A stretch of 61,655 nucleotides of DNA, taken from contig CAYLOA010000005.1 in NCBI GenBank assembly GCA_964385185.1, positions 1 through 61,655 of the forward strand, in the 5' to 3' direction. Positions 26,653 through 36,719 of the stretch are shown here, piece after piece. Positions within the stretch are counted from its first letter, which is position 1, and the number at the start of each line of letters is the position of its first letter. Source of the DNA: an uncultured Methanosarcinales archaeon (lineage in GTDB: Archaea > Nanobdellota > Nanobdellia > Woesearchaeales > CALCXY01). A model generated the notes under the pieces. It was not told the origin of the DNA and ran no database searches. It saw only the letters and a program-made list of their open reading frames with translations. The translations under genes were made by a program, and so were the position numbers.

Positions 26653-27284
26653 TAAGAAGCTTTAGTAGAAGTAATTAATAAATCTTCTGTCAAAGGAATT
26701 GTCCTGGAGAACAATCTCCTACTTGATGTATATACTTGTGCTAGTCGTTTCATAGTGTATATACCGACATTGGACTCTGGAGATTCTTGTACATTGGATG
26801 GATTAGCCTCTGCTTGTGCAATCATCATCGCACTATATAATGCATCAACCTGCCCATATTCCTTACAAACAGTACTTAAATCTGGATAGGTCATATGGAA
26901 TATTTTCTGCAGATGGATATTTTCAGGAGGATATGGAAAACTAGCAGCTCCAATATCTTTACTCCATTTCTGAAATTCTTCTGTTTTACCTTCATAGCAA
27001 AATTGCCTATAATGGTCAACAGCGTGCATCAAATAATCAGCAACTTCACACTCGATTTGAGGGTTACGTATCCAAGGAGCGTCAAACCTACCCACGAGTC
27101 TTTCCACCATACTACTGTCAATCTCAGCATTTATGTCATTAGCTTCTTGAAGAATAATTCTTTGCATTTTCAAATATAAATTAGGATCACTAGGATCAGT
27201 TAAGTTTTCAAAATTGAGTACATCAGTCAATTTTTGACCACTATATCCCATTTCAAATTTTAATAAATCACTATGTACACTCAT
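26652..27284 (-). CDS. hypothetical protein
   Basis: Long ORF; probable ATG 27284; stop overlaps the livH ATG (TAATG); no signal peptide or binding-protein motif. Confidence 0.6.
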   Translation of the reverse strand: MSVHSDLLKFEMGYSGQKLTDVLNFENLTDPSDPNLYLKMQRIILQEANDINAEIDSSMVERLVGRFDAPWIRNPQIECEVADYLMHAVDHYRQFCYEGKTEEFQKWSKDIGAASFPYPPENIHLQKIFHMTYPDLSTVCKEYGQVDALYSAMMIAQAEANPSNVQESPESNVGIYTMKRLAQVYTSSRRLFSRTIPLTEDLLITSTKAS

Positions 27285-27356
27285 AGAAATCAGAACTGTA
27301 CACTTATTTAAAAACATTTGCCATATATTTAAAAAGCAAACCAACTTCTCAGCATC

Positions 27357-27941
27357 ATGGGATTAGAAGTAAATTGGAGAGATAGACAACCTGCAATAGG
27401 TGAAGAGTCTGATCACATCGTAACATCTGATATCGCTTCAGATTTATTTAGTTTAGTTCTAGCTTATGATTTAACCAGGGGTACACTTACTTGGGATAAG
27501 GAACACTATGGATTAGGAGAGTTTCAATTATCCATTGGAGATGAATCACATGAAGAATTTTCTATTTCAATTACACGACACGGTGAAAATTATAGTTATG
27601 CTCAGGGTAATGTGAAGAAGGATACAGTAGAAAAAAAAGATATCTGGGTACCAACTCACAATATAAGCGAAGTTAAATTTAAGCAAGGTACACAAAGACC
27701 AGAATTTTCGCAATTAGCTAACTCAAGTCTATCTCAAGATTTAAGACAGAAAGTTGAGGATGCCCAGGCCATAAATGGTACTGCAACATTTCCGGTTGAT
27801 AATACAATCTATGAGAGTTTTAATATTTCAGCTTCCTTATTTCCCACACACTGGATCATCAAACCAGGATATATAAGTCCTACATCATATCCTCTAGTGG
27901 AGTCATACTGCGCAATACATATTGCAAGAAATACTATCTAA
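27357..27941 (+). CDS. hypothetical protein
   Basis: 194-aa ATG ORF, no motif recognised. Confidence 0.55.
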   Translation: MGLEVNWRDRQPAIGEESDHIVTSDIASDLFSLVLAYDLTRGTLTWDKEHYGLGEFQLSIGDESHEEFSISITRHGENYSYAQGNVKKDTVEKKDIWVPTHNISEVKFKQGTQRPEFSQLANSSLSQDLRQKVEDAQAINGTATFPVDNTIYESFNISASLFPTHWIIKPGYISPTSYPLVESYCAIHIARNTI

Positions 27942-28506
27942 AACTCTTTCCACAACCACAACTCTTCTTAGCATTAGGATTTTCAATCTTAAATCCAGCA
28001 CCTTGAAGACTATCAACGTAATCTACTGTAGAACCATGTAACATTTCTAAGCTTTGTTTATCCACATAGAATTGCTGTCCTTTAACTTCAAGAATAGTAT
28101 CATCTTTTTGTTTAGTATTTTCAAAATCAAATCCATATTGGAAACCAGAACCTCCACCTGGCATAACTAAAACTCGTAATCCATATCCTTCTTTATCTTG
28201 ATCTTTCTTGATTTTACCAAGCATTTCAGCTGCTTTTTCAGTAACAGTAAGTGCTTCTCCTGATTTTTTCTCTTCCTTAGGAGCATTTTCAACAGCTTTG
28301 TTTAATTCAACAATAATTTCAGAAACATCATCTGTAGTCATACCATGACCCATTAATCCTTGTTCAATAGTTTCTTGAGTTGCAGCTCCACAACCAACAC
28401 ATTGAACACCAGTACTCATAAGTGTATCAACTGCTTGAGGATACTTCTCAATCATATCCATAATTAACATATCTTTAGTAATCTTTTGAATTATTGCTTC
28501 TGCCAT
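27934..28506 (-). CDS. DUF1858 plus HesB/IscA A-type Fe-S carrier fusion
   Basis: N-terminal ITKDM...YP......G..CVGC..A..ETIE.G...HG; C-terminal VD..SL..L.G..VDY......GF...NPNA..SCGCGKSF. Confidence 0.88.
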   Translation of the reverse strand: MAEAIIQKITKDMLIMDMIEKYPQAVDTLMSTGVQCVGCGAATQETIEQGLMGHGMTTDDVSEIIVELNKAVENAPKEEKKSGEALTVTEKAAEMLGKIKKDQDKEGYGLRVLVMPGGGSGFQYGFDFENTKQKDDTILEVKGQQFYVDKQSLEMLHGSTVDYVDSLQGAGFKIENPNAKKSCGCGKSFR

Positions 28507-28542
28507 GCTTATCTATAGTTAAGATGTAGTTTTTAAATGTTA

Positions 28543-29754
28543 CTAAACTTTCCTCACTTCTCCTTTTTCAGCATCAACAATAACTTTATCTCCATCTTTA
28601 AAAACAGAAGTAGCATTCTTTGTGGCAATAATACAAGGTTTCTTCATCTCACGAGCAACAATAGCCGCATGACATAATATGCCACCCATATCTGTTACAA
28701 AAGCTCCTGCTTTTTCCATAGCTGGAATATAGTTGGGATCAGTCATAGAAATAATTAAAACATCTCCTGGTTCTACCTTTTTCATATCATCAATATGTTG
28801 TAAAACTCTTGCTGTTCCTTCATACATACCAGGGAAGGCTACATTTCCTTCTACCAAATTACTATCAATTTCATTCGAGACAGAGATGAGTCCTTTAATT
28901 TCTTCCATAGTGGCTCTATCACTAATTTCATAGTGCTGATCATCTATTTGTATAGAAATCATACCTTGTTTTCTTTCTTGAATTAATGTTTTGTACTCTT
29001 TTCCTTCAAGTAATGATGACTCAACCTCTTTACAACTGAGATATTTTACAAGAAGTGGATCCATGTCCAATCTTTTTCCAATCTCTGAAAGAAGATTCCA
29101 ATGGATTGCCAGAGTCATATAAGATGTATCAACCCTAAAGGATCTCACATAGCCAAATACTTGGATTGTCTTTGCCAAAATTGAAAGTTCTTCCTGATCC
29201 TTAATTATTTCCATATACTTTACTTGTTCTTTTTTGAGATGATCCTCATCTTTTTTCATCTGATCATATTCTTTGTCTACATCAGAGGCAACAAACTCTT
29301 TGAGTTGTTCCTTATAATGTTCAAAGGTATAGGGCTCTTTCTCCAAATGAAATCCCCCAATCCACCCATACATGAGTGTATGATGCTTTAACATTTCTTC
29401 TACTTCTTTCCCTTCCATATCTAGTCCTTTCTTAACTTGGATAGCTATTTTAAGAAATGCCTCCTTATCTTCAAGGACAGATATTTTTTTGAAGGGCAAG
29501 GTCAAGGCAATATGATAATCATAATAACTCTTTTCAGGCAATTTCTTATCTTTGATATATTCTTTAAGCCGAGATTCAAACCTTTCTGTCAGAAACTCAT
29601 CAAAAAGATGAAGGCTATACATATAAGGAAGAAAATTAATAGATTTTTGATACATCTCTTTATACAGATCAACTAATTCTGTATTAGAATACGTACTCAC
29701 ATCTAACAGTTGATTTTTCCGAGCATAGGCTATTAATTCATTTCCATGAGTCAA
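28543..29754 (-). pseudogene. PEP-utilising enzyme mobile-domain protein, probably 5'-truncated
   Basis: C-terminal TDMGGILCHAAIVAREMKKPCII His-swivel domain; TTG start two codons after an in-frame stop, no SD, abuts an opposite-strand purL relic. Confidence 0.6.
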
Positions 29755-29759
29755 CTTTA

Positions 29760-30065
29760 GTTACATCAGATTTTAAACTCACAGGAGATCTTATCTATAT
29801 TGTTGGGGAAACACGAAATGAACTTGGTGCCTCAGAATTTTATTCCATGCATGATGAAACAGGAGCTAATGTACCAACAAGTGATTTTGAAGAAATAAAA
29901 GAGAATTTTAAGGCTCTGAGGGATATTTTGGATCGATCATATATTAATCAATCAGCTCAAAGTGTCCAAGAGCGAAAACAGAGGGCAGGTCCTTCAGAAA
30001 CAGAAGGAGCAGGACTCAAAATATTCAAAAATGGTGTTGACTATGCACGAGAAAATCTTCTTTAA
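29760..30065 (+). pseudogene. purL: fused relic of FGAM synthase genes (purL internal segment plus probable purQ C-terminus)
   Basis: VTSDFKLTGDLIYIVGETRNELGASEFY...GANVP matches PurL; the end EGAGLKIFKNGVDYARENLL* resembles the PurQ C-terminus. Confidence 0.65.
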
Positions 30066-30105
30066 TTAACCAAATATTTATATATTCTATACACTATCTT
30101 CTGTT

Positions 30106-30552
30106 ATGTGTGCACCATCAAGTAATCCAGGATCAGGTCCTGAAAGAATAATTGTATATATGAATGATCACAGATTCAATGAATCATCTGGAGTTTTTGA
30201 AGGAATTACATCAGTTGAAGAGATGAATTACCGATCAGACGAACCAGTATATTCTTTAATTTTTGAAGGAGACTTTGAGCCAACATCAAGACGGTGGAAA
30301 TGGTTAGAGAAAAATCCATTTCATTATCATGCTAGACCGTCAATTCCATTTTCAACTCGTTCGGAAGCAATTCTGTACGCAAATTGGGACCTAAAAAGAA
30401 ATTTATACCTTCCTGACGTATTTAAGCTAGCTAGTAATAGAGGTATAATATCACAATCAACTGAATTTCCATTTTCAATCTCAAATCATAGATCTTCTCA
30501 CCCAAAAGTTTCTCAACCAAAAACTTCTTATACTGCTATCTATCGAAGATAG
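30106..30552 (+). CDS. hypothetical protein
   Basis: 148-aa ORF after a TATA-like motif; ends 2 nt before the VIT1 gene. Confidence 0.5.
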   Translation: MCAPSSNPGSGPERIIVYMNDHRFNESSGVFEGITSVEEMNYRSDEPVYSLIFEGDFEPTSRRWKWLEKNPFHYHARPSIPFSTRSEAILYANWDLKRNLYLPDVFKLASNRGIISQSTEFPFSISNHRSSHPKVSQPKTSYTAIYRR

Positions 30553-30554
30553 CT

Positions 30555-31418
30555 ATGGACAAAACTCTCATTAAAGCTCAAAGAAGAGAAATTACTGAGC
30601 ACTTAATCTATAAACATCTTGCAACGAAGTGTAAAGATAAAAAAAACAAAGATATTCTCAATCATATTGCTAAAGATGAACAAGGTCATTATAACATCAT
30701 AAAAAAAATAACAAATGAAGATTATCCCCATTATAGATTCATGTATGTTTGGTATGTTTTTCTAGCAACTATCTTCGGACTCACATTCGCATTAAGACTT
30801 ATGGAAAAAGAAGAGCAAGATGTCCAAGAAGTATTTGGACCTTACAAGAAATCTCATCCTAAACTTCTCCAATTAATGGAAGATTCAGAAAAACATGAAA
30901 TGAAAGTATTAGCAATGCTCCAAGAACAAAGAATTGAATATGCAGGATCAGTAGTCCTAGGATTAAACGACGCATTAGTTGAATTAACAGGAGCTTTAGC
31001 AGGATTAACATTTGCTCTAAGAAATGGAACCATTGTAGCCATAACAGGATTAATTACAGGATTTGCTGCATCTTTATCTATGGCGGCATCTGGATATTTA
31101 CAGTCTAGAGAAGAAGCTGACCAAAATGAAGAAAAGAATCCATTAATCGCAGCATTCTATACAGGAATTGCTTATATTGTAACTGTAATTTTGTTGGTAC
31201 TTCCTTATTTCCTAATTGAAAATATCTACGTAGCATTAATCGTAATGCTCACGGTAGCAATATTAATTGTATTATCATATACATTCTATATAACAACGGC
31301 TAAAGACCAACCCTTCTGGAGAAGATTCTTAGAAATGGCTATTATTTCATTAACTGTAGCTGTCATATCCTTTGGAGTAGGATCATTACTGAGATATATC
31401 TTTGGTGTTGAGATTTAA
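30555..31418 (+). CDS. rubrerythrin/ferritin-like plus VIT1/CCC1 iron transporter (MbfA-like)
   Basis: E..EH..Y...A, DE..H and E..HE di-iron motifs; VLGLNDALVELTGALAG and LSMAAS.Y VIT1 motifs. Confidence 0.88.
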   Translation: MDKTLIKAQRREITEHLIYKHLATKCKDKKNKDILNHIAKDEQGHYNIIKKITNEDYPHYRFMYVWYVFLATIFGLTFALRLMEKEEQDVQEVFGPYKKSHPKLLQLMEDSEKHEMKVLAMLQEQRIEYAGSVVLGLNDALVELTGALAGLTFALRNGTIVAITGLITGFAASLSMAASGYLQSREEADQNEEKNPLIAAFYTGIAYIVTVILLVLPYFLIENIYVALIVMLTVAILIVLSYTFYITTAKDQPFWRRFLEMAIISLTVAVISFGVGSLLRYIFGVEI

Positions 31419-31865
31419 CTTTTTCTCAGATACAACTCTCTTTCCAGTATGCAATTGTAACTTCTTCCTTGCATCTCCAGCTATTCTACCACCTTTTTTT
31501 GCAGCTACTTCATTCTCAACAAATCCTTGAGAGTCTGTAGCCTTGGCAATCTCTGCTGTAGCCTTCTCTCCTAGCATAGAAAATATCATCTCTATATCAG
31601 TCATATGATCCCGAATATTTTCTTTTCTAAGACCTTTTATCGTTTTGTGTTGTTTAGGGGTTATTCCAAATGTCGCCTTGGCAATTTCAGCTGAAAGAAT
31701 AGAAAAATCGTTTCCTGTCTTAATCCCCCTCTGAGCCCATTTCTGAATCAGTTCACCTCGTATAGACATACCTCTGACTCTATCTTGAATCCAAGATTCG
31801 GAATAACCTTTCGCTCTATACATCTTCCTCATTCGTTGAAATGCTAATTCAGGATTTTCAATTTC
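31386..31865 (-). pseudogene. C-terminal part of a Bro-N/antirepressor-associated protein, 5'-truncated
   Basis: EIENPELA..R....Y..KGY...WI..R....L...W..RG...ENIRDHMTD.E..F..LGE...A..GG.IAG.AR family pattern; the N-terminus is cut at the ATG of the divergent ORF. Confidence 0.7.
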
Positions 31866-31866
31866 T

Positions 31867-32760
31867 ATGGCAAAAAAATTTATTGGAAGTCTCACTCCTG
31901 GGCAATTAGAAGAAGCTCATAGATCTATTTGTGAATATTTAGATACGTTAAAGGATAAAAAGCAACCTGATTTTACAAAGGTACCACAATTAAATCTTTA
32001 TCCTTTATTTGAGCACCCTATAGATATTCTACCAATGGATGGATTGATTGCTGAAAATGTTCTATCAAGGTTTAATTCGGATTCTGACCCTAGAACTAAA
32101 TTTGGAGAACGACGTATAGATCTTGCAGTTAAAGGATGGTCACTGAGAACAAATGTTGGAAGAGGGACTCCCATGGTTTCTGAGTACTCAAATCAAGATG
32201 AACCCACACACATTGAAGATATTGCGTACGCGCAAAACGGTAAAGTATATCCTGATGGTTTGGGAGTATACACACGTTCTGATTCAAATACCATGAATGA
32301 CAATGAAGTTCCAAAAGCAACGATTGCAGACGCAAAAATATATCAAAAGAAAAGAGCAAAATCGCCAAAAAAGGCATTGTCATTTTTACTAGATGTTTAC
32401 ACCCAAGTAGTTTCAGAAAAACAAAGAAGATCAACAAGTAATTGGCCTTTAGAATTTTTTAATCATACTACAGCAACTAGACGTTCTGGACAATATAATA
32501 CACGATTTATGGAACAAGATTATTCTCTTGCTCCAACCCTAAACTACTTTGCAGACAAATTACGTTCACATGGAAGAGAGGTTGAAGCAGAAAGACTAGA
32601 AAAAGCAGTTAATCTAAGATTTCCTTCACTGAATCCACTAGATGTCCCATTTAATACTATTGAATATAGAGTCCGAACACTTCCTGAAGAGGATATAAAA
32701 GATAAAATAATCTCATTATCATTCGCTGAGGAAACTCACAATCACCCATCACGTCCATAG
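31867..32760 (+). CDS. hypothetical protein, possible PD-(D/E)xK nuclease fold
   Basis: 297 aa; YPDGLGVY...IADAKIY fits a PD...DxK spacing (weak inference). Confidence 0.55.
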   Translation: MAKKFIGSLTPGQLEEAHRSICEYLDTLKDKKQPDFTKVPQLNLYPLFEHPIDILPMDGLIAENVLSRFNSDSDPRTKFGERRIDLAVKGWSLRTNVGRGTPMVSEYSNQDEPTHIEDIAYAQNGKVYPDGLGVYTRSDSNTMNDNEVPKATIADAKIYQKKRAKSPKKALSFLLDVYTQVVSEKQRRSTSNWPLEFFNHTTATRRSGQYNTRFMEQDYSLAPTLNYFADKLRSHGREVEAERLEKAVNLRFPSLNPLDVPFNTIEYRVRTLPEEDIKDKIISLSFAEETHNHPSRP

Positions 32761-32808
32761 TAACAAAACTTATAAACCTCCTTTTCTAAAATAACTATAT
32801 TAACTATC

Positions 32809-34047
32809 ATGGCATTAACACTACAAATAATCATTTTAGCAATACTACTCTTCCTTTCAGGACTATCCTCAGGATCAGAAGTAGCATTAGTATCACTTTC
32901 TAAAGCTAAAATTAGACATTTATTAGAAAAAAAAGCACCAGGAGCCACATATATCAAAAAGCTCAAAGATGATTCTCATAGAATGCTTGGTACTATATTA
33001 ATCATGAATAATTTAGTAAATGTAGGAGCTTCTGCCTTAACTACCTCAGTCATGATTGGCATGTTTGGAAATTACGCAGTAGGTATTGCTACAGGAATAA
33101 TGACCTTCCTAATCCTTGTTTTTGGAGAAATAACTCCTAAATCAATAGCAGCAAAGAATAATGTGAAATTTGCAACAACAGTTGCAGCACCTATTTGGTA
33201 CCTCTCAATTATCTTCTATCCCTTTCTATTCATCTTAGAAAAATTCATAGTCATTTTCATGAGATTATTAGGAATGAAAACTGAAGACCCTATTGTCTCA
33301 GAAGAAGAAATTATTCATATGGTGGAGCATGCCGAAGAAGAAGGAACAATTAGAGAAATAGAAAAAGACCTTATAGGAAATATTTTTGATTTTGACGATA
33401 TCCAGGTAAAGGAAATTATGATTCCAAGAGCTCAAATGGACATCCTATCAGCAACTACTTCAGTAAAAGGGGCCATGAAAGTATTTCTTAAGCACGCACA
33501 CAGTAGAATGCCTGTTTACAACAAAAGAGAGAGAAATATCATAGGAATCGTATTCATCAAAGATTTAATCAAACTCTACCATGAAGGTAAGAATCCTCAG
33601 GTAAAAACCATCATGCACAAACCTTATTTTGTCCATGAAAGAAAAAGAATTTCAGGATTGTTAAGAATATTTCAAAAGGCAGGACGATCCCATATGGCAG
33701 TTGCCGTGAATGAATATGGACGAGTAACTGGGTTAGTAACCATGGAAGATGTCTTAGAGGAAATCGTAGGAGAAATAATGGATGAGACAGATAAAATAGC
33801 ACCTCACGTTGATAAAGTTACCAGAAATACTTGGATGGTCGATGGAGATACCGATGTTGATGAATTAAAAGATAAAACAGGTCTCAAAATCCCAGAAGGA
33901 GAATATGACACTTTTGGAGAGTTCTTAGTAAAACTATTCAAAAAACTCCCTAGAAAGGATGATGAAATCTCATACAGAAATTACTCGATAATTATTGAAA
34001 AAGTTGCAAAGAAAAAGATTGAACAAGTGAAAGTGGTGAAAGCATGA
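32809..34047 (+). CDS. CNNM/CorC (hemolysin-like) DUF21-CBS-CorC transporter
   Basis: FLSGLSSGSEVAL, FGEITPK, tandem CBS (HSRMPVY, GLVTMEDVLEEIVGEI) and CorC C-terminus. Confidence 0.92.
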   Translation: MALTLQIIILAILLFLSGLSSGSEVALVSLSKAKIRHLLEKKAPGATYIKKLKDDSHRMLGTILIMNNLVNVGASALTTSVMIGMFGNYAVGIATGIMTFLILVFGEITPKSIAAKNNVKFATTVAAPIWYLSIIFYPFLFILEKFIVIFMRLLGMKTEDPIVSEEEIIHMVEHAEEEGTIREIEKDLIGNIFDFDDIQVKEIMIPRAQMDILSATTSVKGAMKVFLKHAHSRMPVYNKRERNIIGIVFIKDLIKLYHEGKNPQVKTIMHKPYFVHERKRISGLLRIFQKAGRSHMAVAVNEYGRVTGLVTMEDVLEEIVGEIMDETDKIAPHVDKVTRNTWMVDGDTDVDELKDKTGLKIPEGEYDTFGEFLVKLFKKLPRKDDEISYRNYSIIIEKVAKKKIEQVKVVKA

Positions 34048-34568
34048 AAAAGTTAGCAATAGGCATAGTCCTCCTAATCGGAATTGCACTAGCATATTAT
34101 CTGATCTCTCCTGCATTTATTGTGGAAGAACTTCATGAAGAAATCCCTGTAGCAAACCCTACATTTCTCCCTGAAGATCCAGAAATAAAAGAAGAGTTTA
34201 TGGAAGAGATGAAGAAAGTAATGCACGATGAAAAAGAAATGGCTGAACCCACACTTTCCGTTGAAAATATGCTATCAGGCTCATTCACAGAAGCAGCACA
34301 CACAGTAGAAGGATCCGCTTCAATAATACAGTCAGACGCAACCTATCTTAGATTTGAAAACTTCAACACCATAAATGGACCTAATCTTCATGTCTATCTC
34401 TCTTCAGACACCTCAGATAATGATTTTATTGACTTAGGATCTCTAAAAGCTACCAAAGGCAGTTTCAACATGCCCATCCCTGAAGATATTGATCTCAAGA
34501 AATACAATAAGGTATTAATCTGGTGTGTTCCTTTCTCTGTTATTTTTAGTTATGCAGAATTAATATAG
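34044..34568 (+). CDS. DM13 domain protein
   Basis: H.VEG.A...LRFENF....GPNLHVYLS...LG.LK...G...V.IWC..F.V.F..A.L. Confidence 0.88.
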   Translation: MKKLAIGIVLLIGIALAYYLISPAFIVEELHEEIPVANPTFLPEDPEIKEEFMEEMKKVMHDEKEMAEPTLSVENMLSGSFTEAAHTVEGSASIIQSDATYLRFENFNTINGPNLHVYLSSDTSDNDFIDLGSLKATKGSFNMPIPEDIDLKKYNKVLIWCVPFSVIFSYAELI

Positions 34569-34619
34569 AAGTCTCATAACAATAGTCTTTTTATTATGTC
34601 CTTAATTCTATAGAAAATC

Positions 34620-35360
34620 ATGTCAAATATACACAATTATTGGTTCAGAATGCCTAATTTTGATGGCAGACGAATAATGGTCAGTGAAATACAAAACTTT
34701 GATCCTAATCAAAATACTCCACCTTATACAGTTTCTGCAATTAAGGAAGAAGATGTCCAGAATTTTGAACCACAACCAAGTCTCAATTCAAATTGTCCAG
34801 CCCAAGGAGAAATTGGACTTTGGATTCCAAATAAAGAGTTCTATAAAGAAGGACCTCTCCATGAGCAAGGTTTTAGTAAAATTAGGGCGACCGCACATTC
34901 TGGAAGAGATAATTGGATTATTAGTGACCGAATTGCAGATAGACTTGAGAATGTGATTGTCTGGCACACATCAATCTTGGAGGAAAACAGCGAGGGTTAT
35001 TTTTCCAATGGACCCAGCAATACCCCTCATACAGCAAACCATACACAACAAGGAGAATGCTTCGAAAAAGCTTCAATAATTCTAGGCCTATTACCAGAAT
35101 CAACCCATCCGAGAGTAGTAGGGGTTGATAAGTATGGTGATGTCCCTTGGGCTGAAAAAGAAGGAAAGGGACTTCCCTTCAATTGCCACTATTGGGTTGA
35201 AGCCACAGTCAATGATGAACTACGTGTAATAGATACCATGCCAAAGAACTATCGAAATGATGATGCCTACCAAGCTCAAGCAGAACAATACAACTCCTTA
35301 AAATTCACAGCAGCTACCTGTCAAGTACAAGATGGAAAAGTAATATCACAATCTACCTAA
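34620..35360 (+). CDS. hypothetical protein with transglutaminase/papain-like Cys-His-Asp triad
   Basis: GECFEKA (Cys), HYWVE (His) and RVIDT (Asp) in the canonical order. Confidence 0.5.
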   Translation: MSNIHNYWFRMPNFDGRRIMVSEIQNFDPNQNTPPYTVSAIKEEDVQNFEPQPSLNSNCPAQGEIGLWIPNKEFYKEGPLHEQGFSKIRATAHSGRDNWIISDRIADRLENVIVWHTSILEENSEGYFSNGPSNTPHTANHTQQGECFEKASIILGLLPESTHPRVVGVDKYGDVPWAEKEGKGLPFNCHYWVEATVNDELRVIDTMPKNYRNDDAYQAQAEQYNSLKFTAATCQVQDGKVISQST

Positions 35361-35973
35361 ATTCAACAACGTCTTCAAACTTCTTTCGCACTTTTTCTGG
35401 AGTTTCAGCTTTGCTATATCCTAATGGCATTAACACAACAGCATGCATATGCATATCTAATTCTAATATTCTTCCTAATGCCTCTTTATCAAATCCTTCC
35501 ATAGGACAGCTATCTATACCTAACATAGCTGCAGTATGCATCATATTACCAAGGGCAATATATGCTTGTCGTGCAGCCCAAGACTTAACAGATTCTTCAT
35601 CAAGTCCATCAATCGCTCCACCATACATTTTAGTAAATCCTTCTAATTTCTCAGCTGGAATTCTATCACTAAAAACTTCTTTGAAATGAGCATCCGTTGA
35701 TTTAATATCAGTTCGCTTACAAATAATTACTAAATCACTACAAGTTGTAATTTGAGGTTGATTATAACAAAAGGGAGCCATTTTTTCTTTAAGTTCAGGA
35801 TCTTTAATAACAATAAACTTCCAAGGCTCAACTCCATAACTGCTAGGACTTAATCTCCCAGATTCTAGAATAAACTTTACATCTTCTTCAGGAATCTTTT
35901 TACCATTAAATTCCTTAGTAGCATGTCTAAAATGCCAAGCATCTTTTAATAATTTTTTAACATCTTCCATCAT
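35353..35973 (-). CDS. nitroreductase (NfsB-like)
   Basis: FRHATKEF, LSPSSYGVEPWKF, GIDSCPMEGFD, LGY...K.RK. Confidence 0.92.
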   Translation of the reverse strand: MMEDVKKLLKDAWHFRHATKEFNGKKIPEEDVKFILESGRLSPSSYGVEPWKFIVIKDPELKEKMAPFCYNQPQITTCSDLVIICKRTDIKSTDAHFKEVFSDRIPAEKLEGFTKMYGGAIDGLDEESVKSWAARQAYIALGNMMHTAAMLGIDSCPMEGFDKEALGRILELDMHMHAVVLMPLGYSKAETPEKVRKKFEDVVEFR

Positions 35974-36015
35974 TAATCAGAACTAAAACTTCTATTTAAG
36001 CGTTTTGTAACTTAT

Positions 36016-36681
36016 TTAGGAATCTATTTGTAACGCTGCATCTAAAAAATAGTCGTGTGTATCTTCCACTTCTTTAAAATCTTTACCTGCAATAATAATT
36101 CCATCTGGATGAGATTCCATAGCAATAATTTTTCGTTCATCAGATGAAAAATCGTTTGCTAAATACCGAATATTTTCAAACATTTCAAGAGTACCTTCTC
36201 TTACACCTTCGTCTGTACAAGGAATACCTAACAAATGTCTTTGAGCAAAAATGTGATGATTATGTTCATGTGCAGAAGCATAGGTTCCATTATTGCCATA
36301 TACATTCTCATCAGGATCAAGATACATTGCCAAATGACTTAAAAATTCAGATGTAGGATCATCTTTCCAACGGACATCACATTCCCAATCTTCAAAATTA
36401 ATACCTAAAATTCCACAGAAATGTTCCGCTGTAGCATTATCTACATGTGAAGTCTGACTTCTGGATACAATAAAAGAATTATCCAATTCTGCATCAGGAT
36501 CCTTTATTAAAAATGCCAAATTGCCATAATCAAGACCCCCATATCTCATGTCGTCTTGTCCGACATATCCTTGCCGTCTTAATTTACTTCGTATACCCAA
36601 AACAGGATCAATATATTTGTCAGGGATTGGCCATTCATCCACTAAATTTCTCCCATATTTAATAAGTTCTTGCTCAATCAT
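36016..36681 (-). CDS. class II aldolase/adducin-like protein
   Basis: YGNLAF, PTSEF..H..MY, AHEH, plus a later HG; metal-binding pattern of class II aldolases. Confidence 0.55.
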   Translation of the reverse strand: MIEQELIKYGRNLVDEWPIPDKYIDPVLGIRSKLRRQGYVGQDDMRYGGLDYGNLAFLIKDPDAELDNSFIVSRSQTSHVDNATAEHFCGILGINFEDWECDVRWKDDPTSEFLSHLAMYLDPDENVYGNNGTYASAHEHNHHIFAQRHLLGIPCTDEGVREGTLEMFENIRYLANDFSSDERKIIAMESHPDGIIIAGKDFKEVEDTHDYFLDAALQIDS

Positions 36682-36719
36682 AGTATTAAATTGCTCTCAG
36701 GAGTATTTAAACTTATATA

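Noticed and set aside
12790-29760. Shared 10-mer GAGTCAACTT at the ccdA junction (minus strand) and the PEP/purL junction (plus strand)
   Set aside because: In both cases it is explained by coding sequence (KSQ and antisense KLTH), it is absent at the other junctions, and a chance match is plausible; worth revisiting only if more junctions show it.
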